Source: Takakia lepidozioides (lineage: Eukaryota > Plantae > Bryophyta). Taken from it: DNA of 64,000 nt. The notes under the pieces were generated by a model that was not told where the DNA came from, did not search any database, and saw only the letters and a program-made list of their open reading frames with translations. The stretch spans positions 25,482,001-25,546,000 of the forward strand of contig CM060732.1 of assembly GCA_030704615.1 (NCBI GenBank), given 5' to 3'. This document shows positions 49,683 to 61,539 of the stretch, in pieces. Both the position numbers and the translations under genes were made by a program. Each line of letters opens with the position of its first letter. Positions within the stretch are counted from its first letter, which is position 1.

Positions 49683-50966
49683 TTAAGCAGTACTCCTTAC
49701 CTGCCCAGTCAATGACAAGGCCTCATCCTGCCCCATCATCTCATCCTCGAGGACTTCCTCAACCCGAGAAAAATCCCCAACCTCAACCATCACCGCCACC
49801 TTGGCTGCCAACTCCTTCTGAACCTCGAGCACCTCCCACGTGTGCCATGGATGCCTGCACCCCGTGGTCCTCACATGCTCGCCCCCACTCACTGCCCGTA
49901 CCGTCTCGGTAGGCAGAGAGACCAACGAGGGAAGTGTACTCTGCACTCTACGTTGCTCAGCCATAGCCAAGCTGATAATCCAGGTCAAGCAATTGAGATC
50001 CATTGCTTGTCCCAACACCTGACGACATGATGCCTCAGAAACAGACAGCACCGCCGTGGTACCAGTGCTAAAACCCATAGCCCGCTCACGCTTGTCAGCA
50101 TTAGGCTCCACTAACTGCTGCAACTGAGCATCCCACAGGAGGCCAGGTCTACTATCTCGGAAAGCATGCAATCCTGGGTAGCTGAGCAGTGTAGGTAGTG
50201 CTGCTCGTGGTTGACCCACCTTGTTGACCACTGCCAAAGGCGAACGGTCATCGTGTCTTACACGCTGAGACTGCCTCTCTGTGTCCAAAATGCTATCTAC
50301 TCTTAGGTGTGTTGGTCGCTGCACCCCATCAAATGCACGCTTGAGCAGTGCGGGTGACATCAAGTTAATCCACCATAGCCGGGGACGATGAGCCCGTGAC
50401 CCCACTACAGCTGCATCCAGAAACACTGCTGACCCAAGCCACGACCGGACTTGATGCACACTGGCCATCACCCTGGCCCGAGAATTGCCCATCAGTGGCA
50501 CATTCTCCAAGATGTATGCTGGAGATACAGCTTGATGAAGTTGCAAGTGGCGCAAAACCCGCACCATCTCCCAAAACAAACCCGACCTCGAGTCTCGCAA
50601 ATTATTGTCATGCCCGGCTGATGAATGCCCTTGGCAGGGCCAACCTGCCACTACCAGATCAATGGAGCCAACCCGCTCCAAATCCTGCGCCCCCAGCAAC
50701 GAAATGTCTGCTGGCAAGGCTTGCTGATATCCACGAACTGTAGACACCGGCAACAACTCAAGGTACTGCTGCACCAACTGAGCAACATGGCAAAGTGAAA
50801 CGCGTCGTGCAGTCTCATCCCTCTCCACATACAGGTAATGCCGAACTCGTACACCTGCCTGTAACACAGCAGCCAATCCGGTGCTGATCCCACCAAACAA
50901 GTCCAGAAGACAAATGCCTTCATCCGGATACTGCCACACAATAGGTGTGGTATCCAATGGTGACAA
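49683..50966 (-). CDS. C5 cytosine DNA methyltransferase domain within the Gypsy polyprotein (between protease and RT)
   Basis: Motif I LLDLFGGIST, II YVERD, III ADI, IV GWPCQGHS (catalytic PC), V SGLFWE, VI ILENV, VIII HRPRLWW, IX ERAMGF, X RQVLGQAM. Same reading frame as the protease ORF (59 codons apart, TAG stops between). Confidence 0.95.
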   Translation of the reverse strand: MSPLDTTPIVWQYPDEGICLLDLFGGISTGLAAVLQAGVRVRHYLYVERDETARRVSLCHVAQLVQQYLELLPVSTVRGYQQALPADISLLGAQDLERVGSIDLVVAGWPCQGHSSAGHDNNLRDSRSGLFWEMVRVLRHLQLHQAVSPAYILENVPLMGNSRARVMASVHQVRSWLGSAVFLDAAVVGSRAHRPRLWWINLMSPALLKRAFDGVQRPTHLRVDSILDTERQSQRVRHDDRSPLAVVNKVGQPRAALPTLLSYPGLHAFRDSRPGLLWDAQLQQLVEPNADKRERAMGFSTGTTAVLSVSEASCRQVLGQAMDLNCLTWIISLAMAEQRRVQSTLPSLVSLPTETVRAVSGGEHVRTTGCRHPWHTWEVLEVQKELAAKVAVMVEVGDFSRVEEVLEDEMMGQDEALSLTGQVRSTA

Positions 50967-51143
50967 CTAAGGTGGTCCTGGTGCAATCCCCGCACTGTCC
51001 TCCTCTCTTGATGGTACAAAAGCCTCTACCCAGGCTTGTTGCACCCATCGATCAACAACCTACTACAAATCCTTGCTCGTGCCCCACAATAGAGTCTGAG
51101 CAATCATGACAGACAACTCCGCCATACCATACATGTCATCCTG

Positions 51144-52424
51144 CTATCCCGGAGATGTGTCATCCTCTGAATGAGCGTTGCCCTCTAGCAACTCTCCAGG
51201 CCAAGTCACTGCAGCTGTGAATGCTGCTAATGTCGGTATCTTGCCCCGTTGGGCAACCGCAACTCCTCCTATGAACGTCACAGGGAGCTGCACACGACGG
51301 CCCTCCCCTGACTGCCATCCAGGCCTATAGGAAGCTGACTCCTCCCAAAAATCCAAGGTGAAGCCCATGGGGTACAATACTGCCCCACCAACCAGGACAT
51401 CGTACGAGACCGCATCTGTCACAATGGCCTTGGCTCGCATCACTGAGCCATCTCTAGGGTGATCCGGCTGTAGTCTGATAGCCAACTCACGCCGTGTCAT
51501 GCCCCGAGCCTGCTCCAATCCTCCCAGAGACGTCTGTATCTGGAAAGGACAAGGCTCCATATCCGCCTCCGTGTGGCCCAAGCCTGCAATAGCAGCTCTG
51601 CCCAACACCAATGGCTGAGCTCCCGAGTCCAACAAGACCCGCAGTGGCCGGTACCTCTTGCCTGCCGGTCCACTCAAACAGAAAATGTCATCCTGGTTGT
51701 CTAACATGACAACTCTAAGTGTCACCATTGCGCGCTCAATCGCTGGCCTAGCTGGCAGCTCCATCAACCTGGCAGCTGTAGCTTGCCATGGTGCCGCCGT
51801 GACAGTCTTGACACTCAAATCCGAGGATCTCTCCGATACTACACCTCCCACTATCTCCGTAGAAAATGAAGTAACCTCCCAACTCTCACAGAGTGTAGCT
51901 ACCAGCCTGAACACCTCAGCTGGTCTTACCCCCGGCGTCGCAATCATAGTAGCCGAGAACAATGGAGCCTGGCACACAGTTGTGGCCGCTCCCAACAGCA
52001 CACTAGCTGCCGTAGCCTTGGCAACACTAGGTAGTGGTGTTGCCCGTGTAGCTCTCCCCAATGGCATAGTAATCTCCGCCTCGGTAATAGTCGGGCGAGA
52101 ACTAGGTGCCATGGATGGCGTCGACACTGTCTCCGCCAATGTGAATGACTGAGGAAGCCTAGCTTGACGGCTTGTCTCCCCACGCTGTGGATCCAACTCC
52201 ACCTCTACACCTCGTGGCTCAGGAACTCGTGCTGCTCCTCGAGTCACGGCTGTAGCAGACTCCACCTGCACTAGTGGTAGTGCTGCTCCGCACATGAATC
52301 CCATGTCTCCCATATCTCCTCCCTCAGGAGCAGGAGGTGGACCATCGGGCCTTAGAGCTGGTACCACCTGAGCTGTAGCCATGGCAGCGAGCCTCTGCTC
52401 TAGCTGCTGAAGCCGGTTGGCCAT
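51144..52424 (-). CDS. Gag C-terminus + retropepsin-type aspartic protease
   Basis: VLLDSGAQPLVLG and YDVLVGGAVL; preceded by AVTRGA. Confidence 0.85.
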   Translation of the reverse strand: MANRLQQLEQRLAAMATAQVVPALRPDGPPPAPEGGDMGDMGFMCGAALPLVQVESATAVTRGAARVPEPRGVEVELDPQRGETSRQARLPQSFTLAETVSTPSMAPSSRPTITEAEITMPLGRATRATPLPSVAKATAASVLLGAATTVCQAPLFSATMIATPGVRPAEVFRLVATLCESWEVTSFSTEIVGGVVSERSSDLSVKTVTAAPWQATAARLMELPARPAIERAMVTLRVVMLDNQDDIFCLSGPAGKRYRPLRVLLDSGAQPLVLGRAAIAGLGHTEADMEPCPFQIQTSLGGLEQARGMTRRELAIRLQPDHPRDGSVMRAKAIVTDAVSYDVLVGGAVLYPMGFTLDFWEESASYRPGWQSGEGRRVQLPVTFIGGVAVAQRGKIPTLAAFTAAVTWPGELLEGNAHSEDDTSPG

Positions 52425-52480
52425 GCCTTGGTCAACACCCTGACCTCCGCGTCCTTGGCCATGTTGAGCTTGCCCTTGGC

Positions 52481-53191
52481 CTACACCTCGTGTCTGGCCA
52501 CCTCGTCCTCTCTGGGCTGCCCCACCTCGCCCCCGGCCACCATTGTTCCCTTGGAACTGGCCTGGGCGCGGTTGAAGGCAGGCACGGGTACTGGTGCTGG
52601 TGCGGTAGTGGCTTGGGTGGACGTCGTAGCTACGGTACCACTAGTCCCACTAGTCCTACTACTGCTTGCTGAAGCTGCCGGTGCAGCGGCAGGTGTAACC
52701 ACTGCCCTCGTGGCTCTAGTGCCCCTAGTGATGGAGACATAGTCGGGTGACCAGTACATCCTCCACTCCTCGATCTCAACCTCATGCCCCTGCCTGAACT
52801 CATGGTAATCATCCATAGGCGGCCCCTCAAGGTGCTGAAACAGCCCCTTCCATGCCATGAAAGGCGTAAATAGTTGTGGATTGCGCATTTGCTGCAAATC
52901 ACACCAACTATCAAACTCTTGGATAAAATCATCCAACTCGATGGTGCCCACCGCCCCAGAGTACCTTCGTGGCCCCTTGGTAGCTCCATACATCTTCTCC
53001 ATTGTATCCCACAACAATGGCAAAGAAACAACTTGCACCGCCAGTGTGAGTCCTCCTGATTCACAATCCGAATCAGAACCTTCCGTAGAAGACACTGGAG
53101 ATGAAGGTGGCCTAAACCGCACACCTTGTCTCGTGTACCCACTAGTATCGCTAGTGCTCGAACCGGCACTCTCCCCAGCAACTAGTGGCAC
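52481..53191 (-). pseudogene. Gag N-terminal region of the DNMT-Gypsy element
   Basis: PRRYSG...LDDFIQEFDSWC...LFQHLEGPPMDDY resembles a retrotransposon gag start; lies upstream of the protease. Confidence 0.65.
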
Positions 53192-53879
53192 CTCCGTGTT
53201 GACAAATTGTCACTTAACCGGTCATGAACATGTCTCTAACCCCTTCTCCACAAGGTAACCGGGTAGAGAACTTGTTGCAGCTTATGGTTTGGAATACTAT
53301 GTTCCTAACATAGCATACACCTGCACTTGCATCCACCGCAAGCACTCCTATGGTTGGCTGGTCATCAACCTCACCACAGGAGAAACAGTGATGGTCTGAT
53401 TGGTCATCACCAGCCTCACCATCGACAACATGCTCTAGGACTGGCCGGTGATCAAATCCGGACCAATCACCTATAAAAACAAACGCCCACACAAAACTAA
53501 CATGGCGCACAGTCAAGCATGCAGGTATGGAGGGGATCCAAACACAAGAAATCAGAACGACAACTCCCCCACACCAAAAACAACTCCACGGTGTTGCTCC
53601 TGTAAGGACACCCCAGCCCAAACCCGGACTGACTCTTGCCTCTACCTACGGAAAAGTCTTGGCCTAATGAGAGGGTGGAAAACTACGAGGAAGAGAAGCT
53701 AAAGCAATTCCTAATCCCAGCATGCCCTCATCCCAACACTCTTTTTCTCATCTTTTCCCTCACTTGCATGACCATGGGAATATCATGAAGATACTCCTCA
53801 AACCGCCATCCACGAGCTTCAAAATTCGGCCTTCAAGACCACATGCCAGTCCTTAGGCAGTCCACCAGTGCCTCCACGA

Positions 53880-54345
53880 GTCAGCACAGGCCATCCACAG
53901 GTCAACACGGGCCACCACAGACCAGCACAGGCCCACACAGATCACTGGTCACAGCCATCACAACCCCACACAGGCCACAACCCGTCACAGCCCCAAAGGC
54001 CACAGGTCACAGCCTGTCACAGCACATCACAACCCCAAAGGCCACAGGCACAACCTGTCACAGCCCTACAAAGGTCACAGGGGTCACAACCCCTCACAGC
54101 CCCTCACAGCCCCACAGGCCACAGGGCACAGCCTGTCACAGCCTCTCACAGCCCATCACAGGTCACAGGGGTCACAGCCCCAAAGGCCACAGCCTGTCAC
54201 AACCCCTCACAGCCCCACAGGCCACAGGGCATAGCCTGTCACAGCCCGCCACGGCCTGTCACAGCCCCTCACAGCCTGTCACAGGTCACAGGGGTCACAG
54301 CCCCAAAGGCCACAGCCTGTCACAGCCCCTCACAGCCCCATCCAT
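53880..54345. repeat. TCACAGCC / GGCCACAGG tandem repeat in the 5' leader of the DNMT-Gypsy element
   Basis: Dozens of cacagcc / tcacagg units; the overlapping ORFs are repeat artefacts. Confidence 0.85.
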
Positions 54346-55737
54346 GGCCACTCATGGCAGTTTAGCCATTTCTCCAAGGGTTTAGCCATGCCAAGCTAGG
54401 GTTTGTGTCTCTTGGACTCTAGGCTTCTTTGCACCGAGCTATGGCGGCTGTGAAGAAATCAGCAAGGTATTCTTGCTCTTTCGGCTCCCATACACCACCA
54501 ATAGTAGCCCTAAGCCATGAGGAAGATGGTTGCCACAAACCAAGCCTTTTTTCTCACTTATACTCCCCAAACACGCCACTAAACTCAATGGCAAACAACC
54601 AAGCCTTGCTGGTTTCCAGCCCTTGTGAGCACTCATTCAAGCGTTTTTCTTGGCCATAGCATCTGTTTTAGAGCCTATTCCAGCCCCCTACACCTGCCAC
54701 TTCAAGAGCCATGCTCTATCTAGGCTTGAGGTTGAAACCCCACCTCACATATGCCCTACAAGTGCTTTTCTTTCACCCAAGTGGGAACCAGCCCTAGCCC
54801 TTCCATTCTAGCTCTCTAAAGTTTGAAAACAAAAGCCCAATGGACTTAAGGCATGCTCCACACATGCCCCACTCTCACCACAAGAGAATCAGCCCCTTTG
54901 CTTCCTTTCTTGCACTCCCAAACCTGAAAGTACAAGCCTTCAACGGGCTGAAAGCATGCTCCACACATGCGTTGCCCTCACATAAGAGAAGTCAGCCCTT
55001 CCCTCTTCCTTGCTTGCCCTCCAAGCTTGAAGATGGAAGCTTCAATGGGCTGCATGCATGCTCCACACATGCATCCTCTTCACACAAGAGGTAATATCAG
55101 CCCCCTATCTTGGCTCTTTGGCTCCTTGATGCTCTCTAAGACAAGACTAAGCACTCCACAGCCCTTGCCAAGCTCCTAAAACCCTAAGGCTTACATTTCC
55201 AGCCACAAGACACTCCTCTTGTGGTGCAAGAGCTCTTCTTCCAAGCTCTGAAACCCTAGGTGCAGATTCCATGGCCTTGCCACACCTCTTAGCTCCTGTT
55301 CCAGCCCTGCTCTTGCCATGATAAAAGCCCTCTTACCGCTGGAGTTTCAGATTGAAACCCCCAACTCAACATAGCCACAAATGCATTGGCTTGCATACAA
55401 GAGAAATCAGCCATCTCTCTTCACTCATACCTCCTTATGAGCTTGAAGTTGGAGCTCCCGATAACTGTGACTTGCATCTAACACCCTCGCAGCTCCACAC
55501 TCACCACACTTGGCTGCCATAGCGTTGAGCTATGCAACACCGCTCTTCAACACAGGCTGCCGCCTCTATATCCATTGCAAACCTGAAACCTATTCGCCAT
55601 CGTACCCTATCCGCTTTGGATAGGCTCATGCACTGATCCCTACACTCTAAGCTGAGTTGCTTCTCATCTGAAAACACACTAGTGCTAACCACTAACTCGT
55701 ATCTAGCACTCACAGATACGAGCTGATCTTTCTCGAG

Positions 55738-56853
55738 TGATAAAGAAGAAGAATACAAGCACAAGCTCATGCGAGCTCACAAAGCTGAAGCATAAACTCA
55801 TGCATATATAACCTCATCACTCAAATACAAGTCAAGCCAAGTGCACCCCACGCCATGGGGAATCCACACTATGGCGCCATAGCTAGGTGCGGTGAAGCTC
55901 AACTCGAGAAAGATGAGCCTCCCGCGCTTGCCGTGAAGATAACCACTCCAGGGCCTAAATCTGCCTTGACCCCTGGATTGACACTTGGGCCAATCCCAAA
56001 TGTCAATATGTGAAAGCTAGCTATTTCCTAGCTAGTTTCACACTAGTGGTAAGATAACTTGACATCATCTTCATCCTTAGTTTTTTCTAAACAAACTTCA
56101 GTAACTTATTGTTCACTCTTTCTTAGTGTCCATCGATATAGTGCCAAATCATTAATCACCAGCATCTCTATTGTAGGATACACGCGAGATCGCGCAAGGT
56201 TCGTGGAAATGTCGTTGTTCCAAACTGGTCAACAAGTTTTCCTCACTCTTTAGGGCTCGAACTCTATCGTCGCAACAGCAGAATGTCTCAACGTGACTGG
56301 TTGCGGAAGTTGCCACGGATGACAGCTAAACGGGTCCACAATATCTGTTGTTATAGTGTCTTGCGATCCGACACATTTGTTGTGCGCATACATATCGCTA
56401 CACAACTACATCGCTGTCCAAAACCACACAACACATGTGCACACCAAACACTAGTCTATCACTAGTCCACCACTAGTGCACCACTAGTCCTGCCACTAGT
56501 GCAACCACTAGTCCAACACTAGGCTGCCAATAGTCACCACTAGTGCAACCACTAGTCCAATCACTAGGCTGCCACTAGCCACCACTAGTGCAGCTACTAG
56601 TCCACCACTAGGCTGTCACTCGCCACCACTAGTGCAGCCACTAGTCCATCACTAGGCTGCCACTAGTCCATCACAATGATAAAGAAAGGAATGATACAAG
56701 CACACAAGCTCTCTCAAACTCACATACTTGCACATGAAAACATCACTCATATATTAAGTCGAGCCAAGTGCACCCCACGCCATGGGGAATCCACACTACG
56801 GCGCCATAGCTAGACGCGGTGAGGCTCAACTCGAGAAAGATGAGCCCACCGCG
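55738..56853. repeat. ~185-bp direct repeat (55738-55928 and 56675-56853) flanking the LTR-like segment
   Basis: tgataaagaa...gccaagtgcaccccacgccatggggaatccacacta.ggcgccatagctag..gcggtga.gctcaactcgagaaagatgagcc occurs twice. Confidence 0.8.
56009..56673 (-). mobile_element. LTR-like segment related to the 3' LTR start at 13636
   Basis: TGTGA...TCACA ends. 56380-56673 matches 13459-13636 but with an expanded CCACTAGT array. Confidence 0.55.
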
Positions 56854-57099
56854 GAGGTTTGCTATTTCATGAGCATGAGCGGCATGAGCGGCATGAGCGG
56901 AGTAGTAAGACAATCGGTTTTCATGAGCAGAAGTACAAATTTCGAAAAATAAAAAAACAATAAAAAACAATACTTTAATGCAATGTGTCAGGAAAAACAA
57001 ATATATTATTCGGCCCCTTGAAGGGAAACTTGCAGTTTTGACAGTTGTGCTCATGATATTTTGTCTTCCGCTCATGCCAATTCCCAGCGACATGTGCAA

Positions 57100-57540
57100 A
57101 TATGGCGCCGAATTTCACGGTAATAGGGTCTGTAACCTGAAAAAACGGCGACGTATTTCGCGGTAATAGGTCTCTCTGGCGAAAAATGGTGCCGAATTCC
57201 GCGGCTATAGGTCCCCTCATGACATGTAATTCGGCGCCATTTTTCCAATGCATGTTCGGACTTAGCCAGTTTTCGGCGCAAAATAGGGAAATTCGGCGCC
57301 ATTTTCCAGACACTGTACCAGTGCATGTTGGGACTTAGCCAGTTTTCGGCCCAAAAAAGAGAAATTCGGCGCCATTTTTCCAGACACGGTACCAGTGCAT
57401 GTTGGGACTTAGCCAGTTTTTGGCCCAAAAAAGAGAAATTCGGCGCCATTTTCCCAGACACAGGTACCAGTGCATGTTGGGACTTAGCCAGTTTTCGGCC
57501 CCAAAAAAGAGAAATTTGGCGCCATTTTTCCAGAAATGGC
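57100..57540. repeat. Subterminal ~73-bp tandem repeats with AATTCGGCGCC core
   Basis: About 4 copies of gaaattcggcgccattttccagacac.gtaccagtgcatgttgggacttagccagttttcggccc. Confidence 0.85.
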
Positions 57541-57688
57541 CCCACAACTGCTTCTGTTGGATCTCAGTTTGAATGGAATATTGCCTCATTCCAGGAGTTT
57601 TGGGGTGCATTTCATTACACTGCAAGAAAAAGTCTGATACAGCAAAATGCAATTGAAAATATCCATATGGAGGATTCCTTTTGCCCCA

Positions 57689-60600
57689 TCAATGATTTCT
57701 GGAATCCCTAAGGAGGAGTTTGTGCAGCTCGTTCACGCTCAACGCCGGTGCATGAATAAAGTCATCAATAGTCACGTTCATCCTCAACCTCTTCAGGTAA
57801 ATGTAATACAGATGCTTGCACGGATAATACTTCGAACCCTTCTTTGCTTCCATCAACGAGAAGTCCGTACAATTGCAAGTCGGCTCCACTCCAATCGTAA
57901 TTGTGTATACATCGTCGCGTACAGCCGAGCCGGCCGTTGCCATCCGATACACACGCCCAAGGTCGGGTGGGGGTACGTCCACGGAGCTCTGAATAGTGCA
58001 AGCCATCCCAAGAGCATTGGCAATCCGAGTCTCATTCAACTTGTTGGGAGGGTGTCGTCTCTTCACTCTTCCGAATTGCATTGTGGGATGTGCAGAATTG
58101 TCCAATCCGTCTCTACTGGACCGAGCAGTCTGCAATGGCTGGGTCTGAGGAACCAGAAATGCGTGGGCCGGGATGTCTGTGCGTTGCACCATTCGAAATC
58201 CTGCTGCAGATAGAGCATCCGCCTCATACTGAGAGAGGCTGCAACGCGGTGCAAAGGCCAGACGCCCGGAGGCTCCGGCATTCCCTGAATCCCGTACTTG
58301 GGCTTGCCAAATACACAGGTCATTATGTCGTGCCTACAGAACCAAAATGTCTGCGTTGTGGCGTGAGCAAATGTGGGAGTCAAAAATCTGCCGCTGAAAC
58401 AAGGTGCAGGTACAGCACCGTGTGGGTTCCTCCGAATCATCTCACCACAGCGTGCTCTCGTATCCACCCGGATGGCGTAGCACTTCCCTCGAAATGCCGG
58501 CAATGTCCTCGCAATTCTCCACTGTGACTCCGACACTCTTGTCTCCACAATGGGAATGTTGTACTGCTTTACTACAGATGGCTCGTTATGTTGCCGGGGC
58601 ACGCGCCCTGTGCTCGAAGGAGATGGCGATCTTGAATGTGCAGGACTTGTGGTGCTCGACGAGACCTCCTTGGGCAACATCACCGGACCACGAGGGAGCG
58701 TGCGAATATTCTTGTCAGCTTGCCATGAATCCTCTTCTCCGCCAGGTGCCTCATCAAGTCTTCGTCTCACTGGACGGGTATGAACATCTCCTTCCAAATG
58801 TTGGCCTCTTCGCAGCAATGGCGTGTCCCAAAGGCCCTCTCGCAAGGCCGCCGCCCACTTCCGAGGATTCTTCGATCTAGAGGCAGTCCGCATCAGCATT
58901 TCCTGCCTGTCCGGCCCCAAGCCCCACTGTTTCCCTTTCAAGAACTCGTTGTACCTGCATTGCTGCATAATTGACCTCACAATGTCCTCCGTTGTGGCAG
59001 TGAGGATGTCCACCAGATGCGCCGCAGAGGAGGCACGTCAGGAAGAGTGCACTGATTCGGCCATGTTTGTCTTGGGCATGTCGGTGTCGGAGTCGAAACA
59101 CATTTCCTGCACAAGCACATGTTGAGGTTACAAGCAAGTTACAAATATGGCCAAGAATAATATTCAACGGGACGCGAATTCGTGCAACTCACCTCCCGCA
59201 TATAGTCGCCGAACTGGAGGAAACGATAATGCCACCATGCTAGCCAACTGACCATTGCTCCCTTGTCTGATTTCCTTACAGCACCTGACGATGTCCACCA
59301 AGCCCGTATGCATGCAAACTGTGTCTCTGCATCATCCAAGGTGGGAGCGCGCTTCCACGCAAGGCACATGGAACGGTGCTCCTCTCTGAAATCTGGCGCC
59401 ACGAGCCTGGTTGTGTACTGGGAAAGGCTCTGCAGAAAATGGAACCCACAAGATCTCTCCTTGCCTTCCATGGGAACATTGGGGTCTTGCCCGTACACCC
59501 TTCGGATGGCAGCCCAATTTGCTTGTGCGTTGTCCGCCATGAAACCACGGAAATTGGGAGGGGGCAATCCCGCCTTGGCCATCTGTTCGTTTATTCCCTG
59601 CCAAAGAAGCATCTCCGATTGTGTGTCCTCTCCTTTCATCTCACAAATAACAATTGTCATTAGCATCCTGCAGTGGGTGTCGTAGACATGTGCACCCATT
59701 GTCACCCACTGGTGATTTGTAATTCGCTTGATATGGTCGAACATGACCCAACTGTTTGACAAGTTCCCACTCGTCATCCTGTCGACCAGTTCGACGCCGC
59801 TGCCAGGTCCACATGTGGACATTTTGAATACGAAACAACGATCTGCCTCAGTCCCTTGTCCTGGAAACCTACTTCCATGAATGTAGTCATATCCACATCG
59901 TCGCTTCACCTCCAGAATGGAGTGCATATCCGAGCCACGCCCAATTTTCTGTTTGCATGAGACAATGTGGTTTCGGACATTTGGTGAACATACGTGGGAC
60001 ACCGACTCCAGCAATGCCTCCATTTCCTTCTCTCGAGAGGAACTCTATCGGAGCCATCTTCCGACATAATTCTGGCCAATGCCATCTTATGGGCGGCTTG
60101 GAGCTGTATCTGTTTGGGTTTGGCACCCGGTCTCAACTTAACCTCCTCCTGAACGAGCTGCTCTGCTTCGTGGGCAGCCTCCCGCGAGTTCCCCCTCGCC
60201 AATTTGTGACAATGGGAACCAACGTGTATGCAAGCTCGAGTGAGGTCAGGGAAACGGTGCAACACATAGAACTGCTTGGCATTACAAACAGACATGCAGT
60301 GTGGTGGTTCTTTGCAATGCGCACACTTAAATGTGGAGTTCGGAACCTTCTCCTGAGCTCGAAATGGTTGATGAGCTGTGCCTGTCCAATCGGTGGAAGC
60401 AAGTTGGGGAGAAACACCGCAACGCGCCCGCACAAACAACGTAGCGCACCCGCACACCATCGAGCATCTTCATGCTGGTGGTTTTGGTAACGCACCAAGG
60501 ATGACCGTCATGTTTTCTATCCATATCTGTCAACATTCCGGACGCCCTCGAGTAGTCCGCCCGAGGAGGGAACTCAAAGAAGATATTACCGTCGACGTCG

Positions 60601-61265
60601 GCGGGAAGGCATGTAACCGATTTAATTGCGAACTTGCTGTAGTCCAGCCCGGCCAGCTCCGACCGGTGTCCCTCCATGTGAAGCCCTCGCAGAATTTCAA
60701 GAATAGATCGAACTGCGGTGCTCGTGCTGGGAATATGACTCCCTCCTCCACTGACGTCCATTGAGGACTTGCCTGATCTCCAGGACGACCTCGGAACTTC
60801 CATGACCTCGTCTGAGTCGGACAGGTTGTGAACAACCCGGTTCTCGCTCGTCTTCATGGATGGGTTTGGCTCTGGATTTACTTCGTTGCGGACTTCTCTC
60901 TTTGAGGTAGCCACTCTCTGATTCGCGGATTGTTTCGTGGAAGGCGCCAGGATAGAAGGTACATTTGGCGGGCAAATGAAGTCCCCAACAGCCCTGTATA
61001 TGACGCTGTCCGATGGTGGAACTCGCCATTCCCTGCCATCGCCAAAATCATCGTGGAGCACAACAATACTCTCGACAACAAGGCCGTTAGTGTCCTTCCT
61101 TTCCTCCTCCAAAAAAACCGACCCCGGTTTCAGGTGGTATCGAACGCACAGATATTTCTCCATCACCCGGCAGATGTCCCCTCTGCACGGAAATGAAGCT
61201 CTATGCTCGTGAGGAGGGCAGTACACTGTAGCGCTCGGGTTTTCCGCCATGGGAGATGTGCACAC
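57689..61265 (-). pseudogene. Mutator-like transposase paralogue (GCM-like + DDE + SWIM), frameshifted
   Basis: MDRKHDGHPWCVTKT; CAHC; HVGSHCH; MFDHIKR; FMADNAQAN; CGFHF; TNMAES; SWIM CNCTDF...PCKH. Intron ~59108-59193 at the same protein position as in copy 1. Confidence 0.87.
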
Positions 61266-61539
61266 AAGACTGCCAGGATGGCGTGCGGGGAAGCTCCCTG
61301 GTAGAAGGGGGATGCAGCGATTGAGATGCCGATTTGTCCGAGCGACGAAGCCTGATCCAAATCCAGGGAGCCAACTATCTCAAAAATCCACAGTCAGAGT
61401 GTTAATGAACCTTGTCTCCGGAATGCAGCCCCTGGTCTTTGCGCAATAACTGCCAACGGTATGCAGTCAGAAAGTGGGGGGCCGTCCGGATGATGTCGGT
61501 TGAAGGGGAGAAGCCGGCACCGTGCCGTCACATTACTAC

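Larger units (their letters stand above)
13459..56673 (-). mobile_element. Ty3/Gypsy LTR retrotransposon with Gag-PR-C5 DNMT-RT-RH-INT-PHD, split by nested insertions
   Basis: Removing 16394-48765 and one TGCA rejoins ...KVEAIA-QIPHPTDV..AFMGLANYYRRFVKGFS... in frame. Domain order is RT-RH-INT (Gypsy type). Related LTR-like ends at 13636 and 56673 are similar but not identical, so LTR pairing is uncertain. Confidence 0.8.

Noticed and set aside
49683-50966. Host DRM/DNMT3 gene or bacterial restriction-modification contamination
   Set aside because: It is intronless, in frame with a retroviral-type protease and adjacent to RT, with no UBA/PWWP domains and no restriction enzyme partner.
53843-54385. 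Thr/His/Pro-rich ORFs
   Set aside because: They are translations of the TCACAGCC tandem repeat.
56009-56673. Solo LTR with its own TSD, or LTR-pair dating with the 13636 end
   Set aside because: The flanks (CAATA / ATGAT) do not form a TSD, and similarity to the other end is clear for only ~180 bp, so boundaries and age cannot be supported.
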